NCBI RefSeq assembly: GCF_018350175.1 | Contig: NC_058370.1 | Coordinates: forward strand, 51,150,001-51,214,000 | Direction of reading: 5' to 3' | DNA from: Felis catus | Lineage: Eukaryota | DNA length: 64,000 bases | Part shown: positions 11,284 through 22,746 of the stretch, in pieces | Layout of the letters: each line of letters opens with the position of its first letter | Position numbering within the stretch: position 1 is the first letter of the stretch | Translations under genes and position numbers: made by a program | Notes under the pieces: model-generated | What the model was told of the DNA's origin: nothing | Seen by the model: the letters and a program-made list of their open reading frames with translations, nothing else | The model's database searches: none

Positions 11284-11963
11284 CCTTTGGGATTCAGCAA
11301 AGACAGTCCTAAGAGGAAAATACATTGCCATCCAGGCCTATCTCAAGAAACAAGAAAAATCCCAAATACAAAATCTAATAGCACACCTAAAGGAACTAGA
11401 AGCAGAATAGCAAAGAAACCCCAAACCCAGCAGAAGAGAAATAAAGATCAGAGCAGAAATAAACAATACAGGATCTAAAACAAAAAACAAAAACAAAAAC
11501 AAAAAAGAACAGTAAAACAGATCAATGAAACTAAGATTTGGTTTTTTGAAAAAATAAAATTGATAAACCTCTAGCCAGGCTTCTCAAAAAGAAAAGAGAG
11601 AGGACCCAAATAGATAAAATCATGAATGAAAATGGCTTTATTACAACCAATCCCTTAGAAATACAAGCAATTATCAGGGAATGGTATGAAAAATTATATG
11701 CCAACAAACTGGACAACGTGGAATAAATGAACAAATTCCTAAATGCCAAGAAACTGGACAACCTGGAAGAAATGAACAAATTCTTAAACACCCATGCCCT
11801 ACCAAAACTCAAGCGAGAAGAAATAGAAAATTTGAACAGACCCATAACTAGTGAAGAAATTGAATCAGTTATCAAAAATTTCCTAACAAATAACAGTCCT
11901 AGATCAGATGGCTTCCCTGGGGAATTCTATTAGACATTTAAAGAAGAGTTAATACCTATCCTT
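11284..11963 (+). mobile_element. Inverted ORF2 segment of the older L1, right piece
   Basis: Resumes almost exactly where the left piece stopped (cctttgggattcagc, homologous to ~8089 onward) and runs to aatacctatcctt (~8703 equivalent), then the TSD copy at 11960-11976. Confidence 0.9.
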
Positions 11964-12086
11964 TTGACCATTTTCTAATTGAATTTTTTGTTTCTCATTC
12001 TTGAGTGTTGAGATTTCTTTATGTATTTGAGATATAACTCCTTCACTGGCTCTCTTCTCCTCCTTAAACAAACAAACAAAAAAACA

Positions 12087-12262
12087 GGGGTGCCTGGGTG
12101 GCTCACTAGATTGAGCATTGGACTTTGGCTTGAGCCCAGAGTCTGGCTCTGTGCTGACAGCTCAGAGCCTGGAGCATGCTTTGGATTCTGAGTCTCCCTC
12201 TCTCTGCCCCGCCCCTGTTCACACTCTCTCTCTCAAAAATAAATAAACATAAAACAAATTTT
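12087..12262 (+). mobile_element. CanSINE with internal deletion
   Basis: ggggtgcctgggtggctca...cagagcctggagc...(CT)n, aaaaataaataaacat tail. Confidence 0.88.
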
Positions 12263-12276
12263 AAACACACACAAAA

Positions 12277-12316
12277 CCACCAACCACCACCACCACCACC
12301 ACCACCACAACACCAA
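12277..12316. repeat. (CAC)n trinucleotide repeat
   Basis: accaccaccacc run after the SINE tail. Confidence 0.9.
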
Positions 12317-13604
12317 CAAAGTGATTCTTAATGAGCTTCCTTAACTTCACTTTGCTTGAGGCTTTTGTCTGTCTCCACCTTCCCTGCTGCCAGTTGCCCT
12401 TTGCAGTGGCTCCCATGTTATGCTCATTTCCTCCACCTGCAGGATCAGACCCTACCTCTTCCCAGCCTCTTCAGCCTGCCCCACCCAGCCCTGTGTCACA
12501 ATCCATACCAGAGTCAGGATGACACCAGAGTTCCAGCCAGGCTGTGAGCCCATGGTGGTCCCAATGGCTGAGCCAGCCTGTCCCTTACCCCTTTTTTCCC
12601 ATAGCCTTGCTGAGAGGACTGAAACTGTGGCAGGAGCTCCACCCCCAGTTATGCAGCAAGCTAGCCTTTGCCTCCTTCCCCAGATGTGAGCCCCATTGGG
12701 CACTTCCGAAGGGTCCCCGTCTGATTTCTTGGTTCTGCTCAGGGCTGTCTTGTAGGTGCCTGGCTCTCAGGGTCCCTAAAACAAGGATGTGCACTGGGAC
12801 ACTGGAACTGTAGGCCACCTCTGAGGTCTGGAGAACACCTCCTCCCTGATTCCCATGGGTGTCCTCTCCTCTAGAAAACCTTGTTTTCACCTGAATGGGT
12901 TTTCTCCCTGTGAGGCTGCCCATCCCCAGGGGGGGGCCCATTGTAGCACCTTTTCATCTGCCTGCCTGGCTGGCCTTCCTAGAGCAGTGCAGGGTTACTG
13001 AGCCTACTCTGTGACGGCACTGAGGCAGGGCTGAGAAAGATTAATAAATGTGTCTCTACCCCCAGAAACATTGTGGGACCACGGACCCAGGCATGGATGC
13101 ACAGGGGGACCATCTGAGTGGGTAAATGAGGCTGGGAACCCTGGGGTGGTGGGGACATCCTGCTGGGGGGACAGGAATCTCTTCCTCATTCCTGGATACC
13201 CTGGCAGCCTCCTCAGTTACAAATTCAAAGGAGTCCTGTCCATTCTGGCCTGATCATGTCTCTCCTCAGCTGGAAAGCCTCAGTGGCTTGTGCCTGTGGC
13301 ACTGGCAGCTCTTGATAAGTGTTCACAGGGAAACTCCATGGATGGTGATATTTGGTGCCATCCACCCTGTGCTGGGCACAGCACACACATTGTTTCTGTC
13401 TTCATTCTATAGATGAGAAGAGACAGACTCAGCACTGAGGGAACTGCCCTGGTGAAAGGCATAGGGGCCAGATTTGCACACAGGGCTGCTAAGACACCTG
13501 ATGGGCTCATTCTCCTTGGCCAGCCTTCTTCACTCAGTGTGTCCAGAGCAGCACACTCCACTCTCTGAGCCCCACATGGCCAGCTTGTCACTCATATTGC
13601 TCTT

Positions 13605-13809
13605 CTTTTTTCTTTATTTATTTTTGACAGAGGGAGAGAGAGAAAGAGAGAGAGACAGAGCACTCGTGGGGGAAGGGTGGAAAGGGAGACAGAATCCGAA
13701 GCAGGCTCCAGGCTCTGAGCTGTCAGCACAGAGCCTGCCATGGGGCTTGAACCCACAAAACATGAGATCGTGACCTGAGCCAAAGTCAGATGCTCAACCC
13801 AGGTACCCC
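13605..13809 (-). mobile_element. CanSINE
   Basis: SINEC motifs; imperfect TSD tcatattgctcttctt / tcgtgttgcccttctt. Confidence 0.9.
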
Positions 13810-15291
13810 TCGTGTTGCCCTTCTTATGCCATCTCCACCCTCCCTGAAAGAAGGGACACCATGCCACATGACCTTCACCTCCCACAGTTTCCCACCAGGA
13901 CTGCAAAGGCCCCCAGGACAGGTGCCAAGTGCCCTGTCATAGATGTCCTTGTAGGTCCATCCATGTAGGCATGGGTCTGGTTTCAGGGTCCGTGGGCCTG
14001 CCTCCCCCAGCGGCTCACCCAGGGCAGATCTTGCTGGTGACAGATTGAACTGGGGAAAGACCCCACAGGAAGCTGGAGCAGGAATGTCTTCCCTCATCAG
14101 TGTGAGACAATGGGAGATAGGACCATGGGTGCTCTGACACACCCTCTCTTCTTGGAACTGGAGGCAGAGAGAACACCTGCCACATTAGCCAGGTGCAAGT
14201 GAGTCATCCACCTCTGGCCTGCCCGATGGCCTGACAGCAGCAGCAGACAGGTCCCACAAACGTTCCCAATGAGGACTGCTGACCCAGGAGGCTGACGCAA
14301 GTGCAGGGCTGGAGTCCCTTCCCAGCCCCACTTCTCCATGGGCTGTGGGTTCTCATGCGCCCACAGCTGCAGAAGGCATTGTCTCTGACTTGCTTTCAAA
14401 TGTGCTTCTCCCGTCTCGTTCAGAAAGATTTTGTCCCTATGAGCAGTCAGAAAGCAGAGAGATGTGTTCCTTGACTAACTGATGTCTAATTTCATAACTA
14501 ACTATAACTAATATTATAATAATGTGACAACGTTTGACTTGTCTTGGGAAAGAAGACATTTAGAGACTCTTCTGTGAGAAGCAAATGATGCCCTCGAGGG
14601 GGAACTGTCCCATCCTGCTCTCTTCTCCCTCCTGTGCCACAGATTGGCTCTGTCCCAGGCTGCTGCCAGCCATCCCCTTTCTCCCCATGGGACAGCCACC
14701 AGCCACCACCTGCTGGCCTGAAATGGTACCTTGAGTCTCAAGGCCCCAACTCCAAGCCACCCAACACAGAGAACCTAAATGTAGGGCTCTTCCTAAGCCC
14801 AGGGGGTCCTGGAATCCAAATTTCCCATGTCCTCACTCAAGTATTTCAATGTACTTTGAAACCCCAGGCATGTGGAGGAATTCAGCTCCTACACTAGACT
14901 ACTTCCCTTTCCCCTTCAGGTCAGTGGAAACTGGTTTTCAAAAGGGGCCTCTAGATGAAGGACAGAGGGACGGAGCTTCCCTGAATACTTCATACCATCC
15001 AATTTCCCACGCTGGTCTTGCTGGGCTTGGAGACAGGCCCATCCCCTCCTCTCACCTGCAGACTTGGACCATCTATTAGAATTAAGTTGCACAATTAGTG
15101 CCCTGGCCTGGGCTACTGAAGCAGACAGCAGCATTAAGAGAGCAACACCCTTGTACCTTCAACAAAAATGTGCAGAACACCTGGTTGCTTTCTGCCTATC
15201 AGGGTTCTGGGACAACCGTCAATGAAATAACTCACTGGGTGACATCCATGAAAATGTGATAAATACATTTTTAATACATGTCTATTGTTTT

Positions 15292-16173
15292 ATATTTGGC
15301 ACTAGCTGTAGGAGAACTTTATATTACTTTTATGTATAGAAAATTCAACAGCTTCCACTTAGCCCAGTTTGGTGGCCAGTTCCTTAGCCCATGCCTTTTC
15401 TAACTTGGTGATGTGAGCCACCAATTTGGACCCAGGACGTTGCCTCCCCAGTAATGGCAGATCTCATCATGTGTGTCCTTGTAATCGGTTCTAAGCTTCC
15501 ACCAGCTTAGCCAGAACTCCTTTGTCTTCTGAGTTAGCCTGTGTGAAGGTGACAGTGGTGTAGGTCTTCCTGTGGACCAGATGCACAGCCTGGCCTTCCC
15601 TTTGATAATGCAGTAGGGACCCCTATATTACCACAGAGGGCATGCAGGAAGACAGCCAGCTCAGTGGGATCCACATCATGTGTAATCACTACCTAGGAAG
15701 CTGAGCCTTTCTATTTTCCATCAAAGTGGTGACAGTATTAACCCTTGCTTGAAGGACAGGTGTTTTCTTAGTGGGGACATCCTCTTTGCCATCAGCTTTC
15801 TTCTCAGCCTGGGCCAACAATCTCTGCTTCTTCCCTTGTTTTTTCTCTGGTCTGTATCTATGGGCCAGCTGAAGCAGTTGAGTAACTGTTTGGAGGTTCA
15901 GGGCCTGGATCGTGAGAGGCACTTTTAGACATTTATACAGAATAGCCCTTTGCCGTACAGCCGAATGTAGTGGGCCATGTGACAAGACAGGTCAGGTCCC
16001 TTTTAGGCTGGAGGTCCCCCATCGATGCCAAAATTCTTGGGTCTTTTGTCAGACAGGGGGTTAACCAACCACCTTTTTGGCCTCCTGCTTCTTCATGACA
16101 ACAGGGCCCATGGCCACCTTCTTCCCCTTAGCCTTCTTTTCTTTCAGCATCTTGAATGGCTGGAGGAGAAAGG
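15292..16173 (-). pseudogene. RPL7A: Processed pseudogene of ribosomal protein L7a (full length)
   Basis: Intronless. ATG 16150-16148 (MLKEKKAKGKKVA), [51 protein letters not shown], ...ELATKLG* (TAA 15361-15359). Several indels. Degenerate TSD catgtctattgtttt (15277-15291) / catatctgttctttt (16174-16188), 12/15. Confidence 0.95.
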
Positions 16174-16451
16174 CATATCTGTTCTTTTTTTAGAAAGGGG
16201 TGCAAATATAGCATTTTGGGATCAAAAGTGATCTTGGAGACCAGTGCAATCTCCCCAACCACTGGAGGGCCTCATTTGGTGCTGAGCTGTGGAGGAACTA
16301 GGGAGGTGCCTCCTGTCCTGGGCCCTCCCTTGTGCCTGGATTGTTCTTTTAACAGTAGGAATAATGCATGTGTCAGTGATCAAATAAAAGTTTGGGTGAA
16401 TTGTGGAGTAACATATATGTACTGGAACACAAAACACTCTCTGTGAGAGTC

Positions 16452-16917
16452 ATTTTTAATTTTTTTAATGTTTTATTTTTATTTTTTCATTTTTTATGTT
16501 TATTTTTACTTTTTTACTTTTTTAATGTTTATTTTTGAGAGAGAGGGAGAGACAGAGCATGAGCAGGGGAGGGGCAGAGAGAGAGAGGGAGACACAGAAT
16601 CCGAAGTAGGCTCCAGGCTCTGAGCTGTCAGCACAGAGCCTGACGCGGGACTCATAGGAACCGCGAGATCATGACCTGAGCCAAAGTCGGACATTCAGCA
16701 GACTGAGCCACACAGGCACCCCTTTAAGTTTTATTTTTATTTTTGAGAGATAGAGAGAGGGAGAGCACAGGGGAAGGGCAGAGAAAGAGGGAGACAGAGG
16801 ATCCGAAGCGGACTCTGTGCTGACAGCAGAGAGCCGGGTTTGGGCTCAAACTTGTGAACCGTGAGATCATGAGACTTGAGAGGAAGTTGGATGCTTAACC
16901 GAGACACCCAGGCATCC
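16452..16917 (-). mobile_element. Two tandem CanSINEs (~16510-16722 inserted in the tail of ~16726-16917)
   Basis: Two complete SINEC bodies in the same orientation; extended repeated ttttaatgtttattttt tail at 16452-16535. Confidence 0.88.
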
Positions 16918-17490
16918 TAAGAATGCATTTTTTAAATGTAAGCAAAGTTCAGAGGCAGATTTAAATTCAGTGTATTTGCTTGACATACAATTTCACTTAC
17001 TAATGTTAATCATGAGAATGCCCATCAGAAATCATACAGTGATGACTCTTAAAGCAGATGCCTTTCCTCTCAGAGTGGACAAACTACAGATGCATTCTGT
17101 AGGTTTGTGGGTCTGAATGCATGGGTTCCGGAGGCCACACAGAGGGTCTGACTCTCAGCTCAGCTGACCATGGATTGTGAGGCATCTGAGAAGGTGCCTG
17201 GCCTCCCTGCTCCTCCACTTTCCCATCAGTAAAACAGTACAAGAGTGTTTGTGTGCAGGGAGCTAATAAAATTAAATGAGATCACTGGTAATATGCTCAG
17301 TGCTCAGTCATTGACAGCTAAGATCATGTGTAATGCTAAAAAGGGGAGGATAGTAAATGCTCGCCTCCCTCTAGGGTTATATTATTTATCAGGAGAAATA
17401 GCTTTGTATGCAGTTCTTGTATCAGGGTTAGAAACAGATATGTACTAGATAGATTGAAACTAGAAAAATAACACAATTGCCATATTTTTT

Positions 17491-18066
17491 CTTTTTTTTT
17501 CAATATATGAAGTTTATTGTCAAATTGGTTTCCATACAACACCCAGTGCTCATCCCAAAAGGTGCCCTCCTCAATACCCATCACCCACCCTCCCCTCCCT
17601 CCCACCCCCCATCAACCCTCAGTTTTTAAGAGTCTCTTATGCTTTGGCTCTCTCCCACTCTAACCTCTTTTTTTTTCCTTACCTTCCCCCATGGGTTTCT
17701 GTTAAGTTTCTCAGGATCCACATAAGAGTGAACACATATGGTATCTTTCTCTGTATGGCTTATTTCACTTAGCATAACATTCTCCAGTTCCATCCATGTT
17801 GCTACGAAGGGCCATATTTCATTCTTTCTCATTGTCACATAGTACTCCATTGTGTATATAAACCACAATTTCTTTATCCATTCATCAGTTGATGGACATT
17901 TAGGCTCTTTCCATAATTTGGCTATTGTTGAGAGTGCTGCTATAAACATTGGGGTACAAGTGCCCCTATGCATCAGTACTCCTGTATTTCTTGGGTAAAT
18001 TCCTAGCAGTGCTATTGCTGGGTCATAGGGTAGGTCTATTTTTAATTTTTTGAGGAACCTCCACAC
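17491..18066 (-). mobile_element. 5'-truncated felid L1 (ORF2 C-terminus plus 3'UTR)
   Basis: [25 protein letters not shown]...EISHTEKD, close to the young L1 3' end. Imperfect TSD tgccatattttttct / taccacatttttttct. Confidence 0.93.
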
Positions 18067-18228
18067 TACCACATTTTTTTCTATCCTGAGGGTTATTTGT
18101 TAGGGACTCTGATGAGGCCAATTAGAGACACAAACTGTTGGGTTGAGAACATGGTCATAGACCAGGCACAGCTCAGTGGAGCAGCCCCTTGGCAGCAGGA
18201 CCTCAGTGTATCAGTCCACTCCATTTTT

Positions 18229-18450
18229 TTTTTTAAATTTTTTTTCAACATTTTTATTTATTTTTGGGACAGAGAGAGACAGAGCATGAACGGAGGAGGG
18301 GCAGAGAGAGAGGGAGACACAGAATCGGAAACAGGCTCCAGGCTCTGAGCCATCAGCCCAGAGCCTGACGTGGGGCTCGAACTCACGGACCGCGAGATCG
18401 TGACCTGGCTGAAGTCGGACACTTAACCGACTGCGCCACCCAGGCGCCCC
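18229..18450 (-). mobile_element. Young SINEC_Fc
   Basis: CpG-rich; perfect 16-bp TSD agtccactccattttt at 18213-18228 and 18451-18466. Confidence 0.96.
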
Positions 18451-21400
18451 AGTCCACTCCATTTTTAACTGCATTTGCCTCTCTGAAGTTATAGCATGAG
18501 ACCCAGTGCCAGTGTCCTTTGATCCAGTCTTCCTCAACTTCCCTTAGGAGAAGGGAAGCATTCCCTTAGGAGAAGGAATGCTCAACCAGCATTCACAGAT
18601 TGTGGAGCTGCAACCATGCAACTGCCCCAAAGAATCTGAGACCTGCCCCATGAGTTCACTCCAGACATGGCACAATTTGTGTGGAGCATTTGTGAATCTG
18701 TCCCTGGGGCTGCTGTATGTATGCAGTGAGTGTCAACCTGAGTTGCACATTAGGTCATCTGGGATGCTTCCACCTCAGACCCCTTGTTTTAGAAGCTCAG
18801 GCAAGGAACCAGTGTTGGGACCTTGGGAAGCTTCCATGTGATTCCAGTGTATGGCACGGTGCAAAATCAGTGAGTGAGCAGACAGGTCCCAGGTCCCAAG
18901 GGTACTGTGGATCACACCTCCCTTACAGCCCACAGGTGGGGCTGGAGAAGGAGTAGAGCCACAGACCTGTCGAAGCCTGCCTCCTCCAAACCCTCTAATG
19001 CACTTCAAAAGAGCAAATGGCCAGAACCTCCACATTGTGGGCACCAAACCTGTGGGTTTTCAGTTTCCATTGACCTGTCTGGCCTTCCTTGTTGAGGTAA
19101 CACTGAAGATGTGAGGAAAAATATTCCAGCAGAGGTCCCTACAAGGCCTCAGATCAACCTATTGATAATCAGTGAGCCTATCAAGCTTTTACTAAGCATG
19201 AACTACATTCCAGGCACTGGGTGTTCCCCTGATGAAGAGGGTGGCAGACAGAGAAACAAAAGGGGACACAGATAACTTCTGGGGCAGGGTGGACTGGGTA
19301 AGCCTAGGCAGGGGAGGTGGGCTGCAGGGGCACCAGCTTCCAGAGGAAGGGTGGGATCATTGGGGCCTCTGTAGCTCTTTGCATATGAGGGTCAGTCACC
19401 CTTTCCAAAGCAAGGCAGAGTGATTCTGGCTGGATCTGGGCCTGAGAGGCCAGGGGTAGGGCTGGCATTCCTGGAAGGTCCTTGCTGGGGAAGTCAGCTC
19501 AGTGGTGTCTGCCACCACTATTCACTGAATCATGAATGTCAGGGGCCAGGCTTCCACTCATTAAGTCGAGGCCAAACACTTGGAGGTGGGGGTGGGCATG
19601 CTGCCCACACCACCCATAGCAACCAGCATCCATTTTGACTGAAGAGGAGAAATGGTGAACTATTTTTTGCACTGCAAAAAGTTATGGGATAATAATTGGA
19701 CTGTCTGTTTTGGAAAATGCAACCATTGTTGAGGAGATCTTCATCTGAAGGCAGGAGACAAGGAAATTTGCATTATTTACTGGTGAGCTGTGAGCCAGCT
19801 CTTGCGCTGCTGTTAGCTGTGCCTCATACTCCCTGCCCTCTTTCGAAGCTTGGGGGCTCCTGTAGCGGCCAGCCATGGTTTTCACTTGCAGGACAGCTTC
19901 GCCTCATTTCTGCTGCCTTGATGTGGTAATGAAAGCCTTATCCCTGAGCTGTCTTGGGGGCGGGCCCTGGGGCGACCAAGCAGTAGATACAAGCTGCAGG
20001 CTGCCACCCCCAGATGCAGACATCAGGCATCTTCTCTCCTAAGGAGGGGCCAGGGTCTCTATGCACACAGCGGCCAGAGCCTGTGAGCCTAATTCTTCAC
20101 ATCTGATGAGTTTCTGTTCTAGGCCTGAATTTCTGTTCAGCCCCAACTGGGGGTTCCATGGTCCTTGTTCTGAGAAGAATCAGAAGGGCCTGGGAGGCCT
20201 CTCCTGCATGAGGCACTTTGCAAAGATTGTTCCACTTCATCCTTAAACTTAAGAATAGGTCTGCTGTATCTGCCATATCCATGTTTTCTAGATGAACAAC
20301 CTATGACCTGAGATCTCATTGTCAGTAGGGACTCAGCACTTGAACCTCACTCTAACCTAGGAAACACCTGTGAAGTGAGCTCTGAAGGCCAAACCATGCA
20401 GGCTGGGAGCCCCTGCATGATAGGGATGCTGGGAGGCCAAGTGGGATCAGCAGCCTGTGGCCCAGAGTCTGCATCCCAAGATGCTTGTCATCCTCTGCAG
20501 GGGAGGAGGAGGTGTCCAGTGGGAAGCAGGGAGGCCACCTGCAGCCTGGCTCAGATGATTGCTTCCACGTCCGTGAGCCTTAGGGGAGGTCTGTAAATCA
20601 GAATTTCAGCTAGAGATCTTGGAGCTGAGGGTGTGGAGCATGAACAGGTGGATTAACCAAAGTATACCTTGCCCTGAGTAGGGATGTCTCTGCTGCCAAT
20701 GGCCACATGGAGGTGCTGGGAATGTGGGCCTCTTGGGGGACTCCAGTCTTCCCAAGTCCCACAGTGAGGATGTGGGCATGAGATCAGCACTGCGGGAGAG
20801 GATGGGAAGGCTGTGCCATGCTGCTAGTTGCTCCTGTCATCCCGGGAGTGGTCATCTCCACTTGGGCTTGCTGGCGAGGGCGTGGCAGCTCACCAAGTGC
20901 AGGCAGTTAGCAGTGGGCAGTGTGAATCCCCACTCCACACCCACGGAGGAGGCCCCAGCATTGTCCCTGTGCCTGCTGACTGCATCAGCCCCCTTCTCTC
21001 AGCCGCTGCCTCCAAATCTTTAATTCTACATTTAAATGGTCTGAGGCATACAGTATGCAGTCACAGTTTGTGCCAAGCTCACAGTCACTGGCTGGTAGAT
21101 GCTGCCGAGTTTCCATTAAGGCTGCTTCCTAAACTTAGAGAACATCTCCTGCCTCAAGCCACCACACTGAGCCAAATGCCAAGGCTGAGCACAGATCTTA
21201 GCCCAGGGGCACAGGCATTCAGTCTTGGAGGCTACAGGTGATTTACAGGGTGCACGTCATCCTTGGACTCACATTCTGCCACCAGGCAGAGCACTGGGTG
21301 CGGGAACTGCCCAGAAGTGGTCAGATCTACATCCTGGGTCTCTCTGGGAGAAGGTGTATGTAAGAGGGAGGGGAACTGAGAACTGGGGAGGAAAGGTGGT

Positions 21401-22707
21401 GCCTTGTCACAAGACTGGAGAGGAGGAGGTCAGCTGAAGAGGTTACAGCAGCATTTCTGCAAGCAGCCGGGTTCAGGCTGCCTAGGGCTCAGGGTGGGAG
21501 TAGACCTCCTCCTCCCACAGGCCCATGGCCTGCATTGCAACTTCACACAATGCAGCAAAACTGAAAGAGGACTTCTGGATGCCAATTGGTCCCATGGTGA
21601 CCAGAAGTGGAAAGTGTGGGGAAGAAAGTGCCAGTCCTGCTGTGACCACGCACAAGTCCACTGTGGGATGCCCATGCTTGTCCACTCTGGCTGGGAGTGC
21701 AGATTCTGGGCCTGGATGGGAAGTATGAAGTATGTTCAATGTCCAAGGCCTGTGGGTAGAGGGAGCTGTACATCATGGGGAAAGGCCCACCTTGAAGGAC
21801 AGGTCCTGTGACCTGCACCTTCCCCCCCAGCTACCTGGCTGGCCTGGATACAGGCTGGTCTCCAGACATAGGCATTTGTCCTGAACGTAATCATTATAGT
21901 TCCCTGAGTGTTGGCCTTTCACCAAGGAGGTCAGAGCTGTTTTCAAGTCTTAATTCACTGAAATTGGGGGTGGCAGGGATGGATGGGCGGCTGTGGGCAG
22001 CTGACACACCCAGAGCTACCTCTTCTTATTAGCTCTGGTTGGTGCTTTATAACATGACTCTCTGAGTCCAAGGAAGATGCTCTGTACTTACCAGCTCAGA
22101 GCTGCATTGAGGCTCTGCATCTGGAACCAAGTTATGAATCATAATAAGATTCTAGGAAGAGCCAGCCCAATACATGGGAATTCCCAGGGAGTTACATAAG
22201 CTCAGAATCTAGCCCAGGGAGCTTGATGCAGAGTTTAAGTTTCAAACCAAATCTCAGAGCCCTGAAAGTATTTGATGGAGGAGACAGAAACCGGGCTGGC
22301 TGCCTTCCTGAGGGACATGGGGACATGTCTATTTGAAGGCCCTTTTCTTGTTCTTTTTCCAGGTAGAGCTGAGAACTCTGACGGGGGGGACAAAGATATC
22401 CTGGGATAAGCAGGCCCACCAGCCCTGAGGCTGCCAGGGCCTCAGATGGGCTGCCAGCATCCAGGCATCCTTGGGCACCCGGGGTGGGGAGGAAGTGACC
22501 ACAGGATGGGCTGTGAGTACAGGCTTGATCTGCTAATGATGCCTCCTTCCCTATACCTCCAACCACATCCTTTGCAGCTCTGGGCTGGCCCTGGGCAGGG
22601 GAGGGGCACAGACTACAACCTCCATGGTTGCCCTGCCTCTCCTCCTACTACATGATCCTCTTTCTGCTAATCTTCATCTAATACAGGAGTGGTGAAAGGA
22701 GATAGGG

Positions 22708-22708
<1 letters not shown>

Positions 22709-22745
<37 letters not shown>
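22709..22745. repeat. (TG)n microsatellite
   Basis: Perfect dinucleotide run of ~18 units. Confidence 0.97.

Positions 22746-22746
<1 letters not shown>

Noticed and set aside
18539-18582. 16-bp direct repeat ttcccttaggagaagg with an overlapping 8-bp stem
   Set aside because: Most simply a small local duplication; nothing else supports a function.
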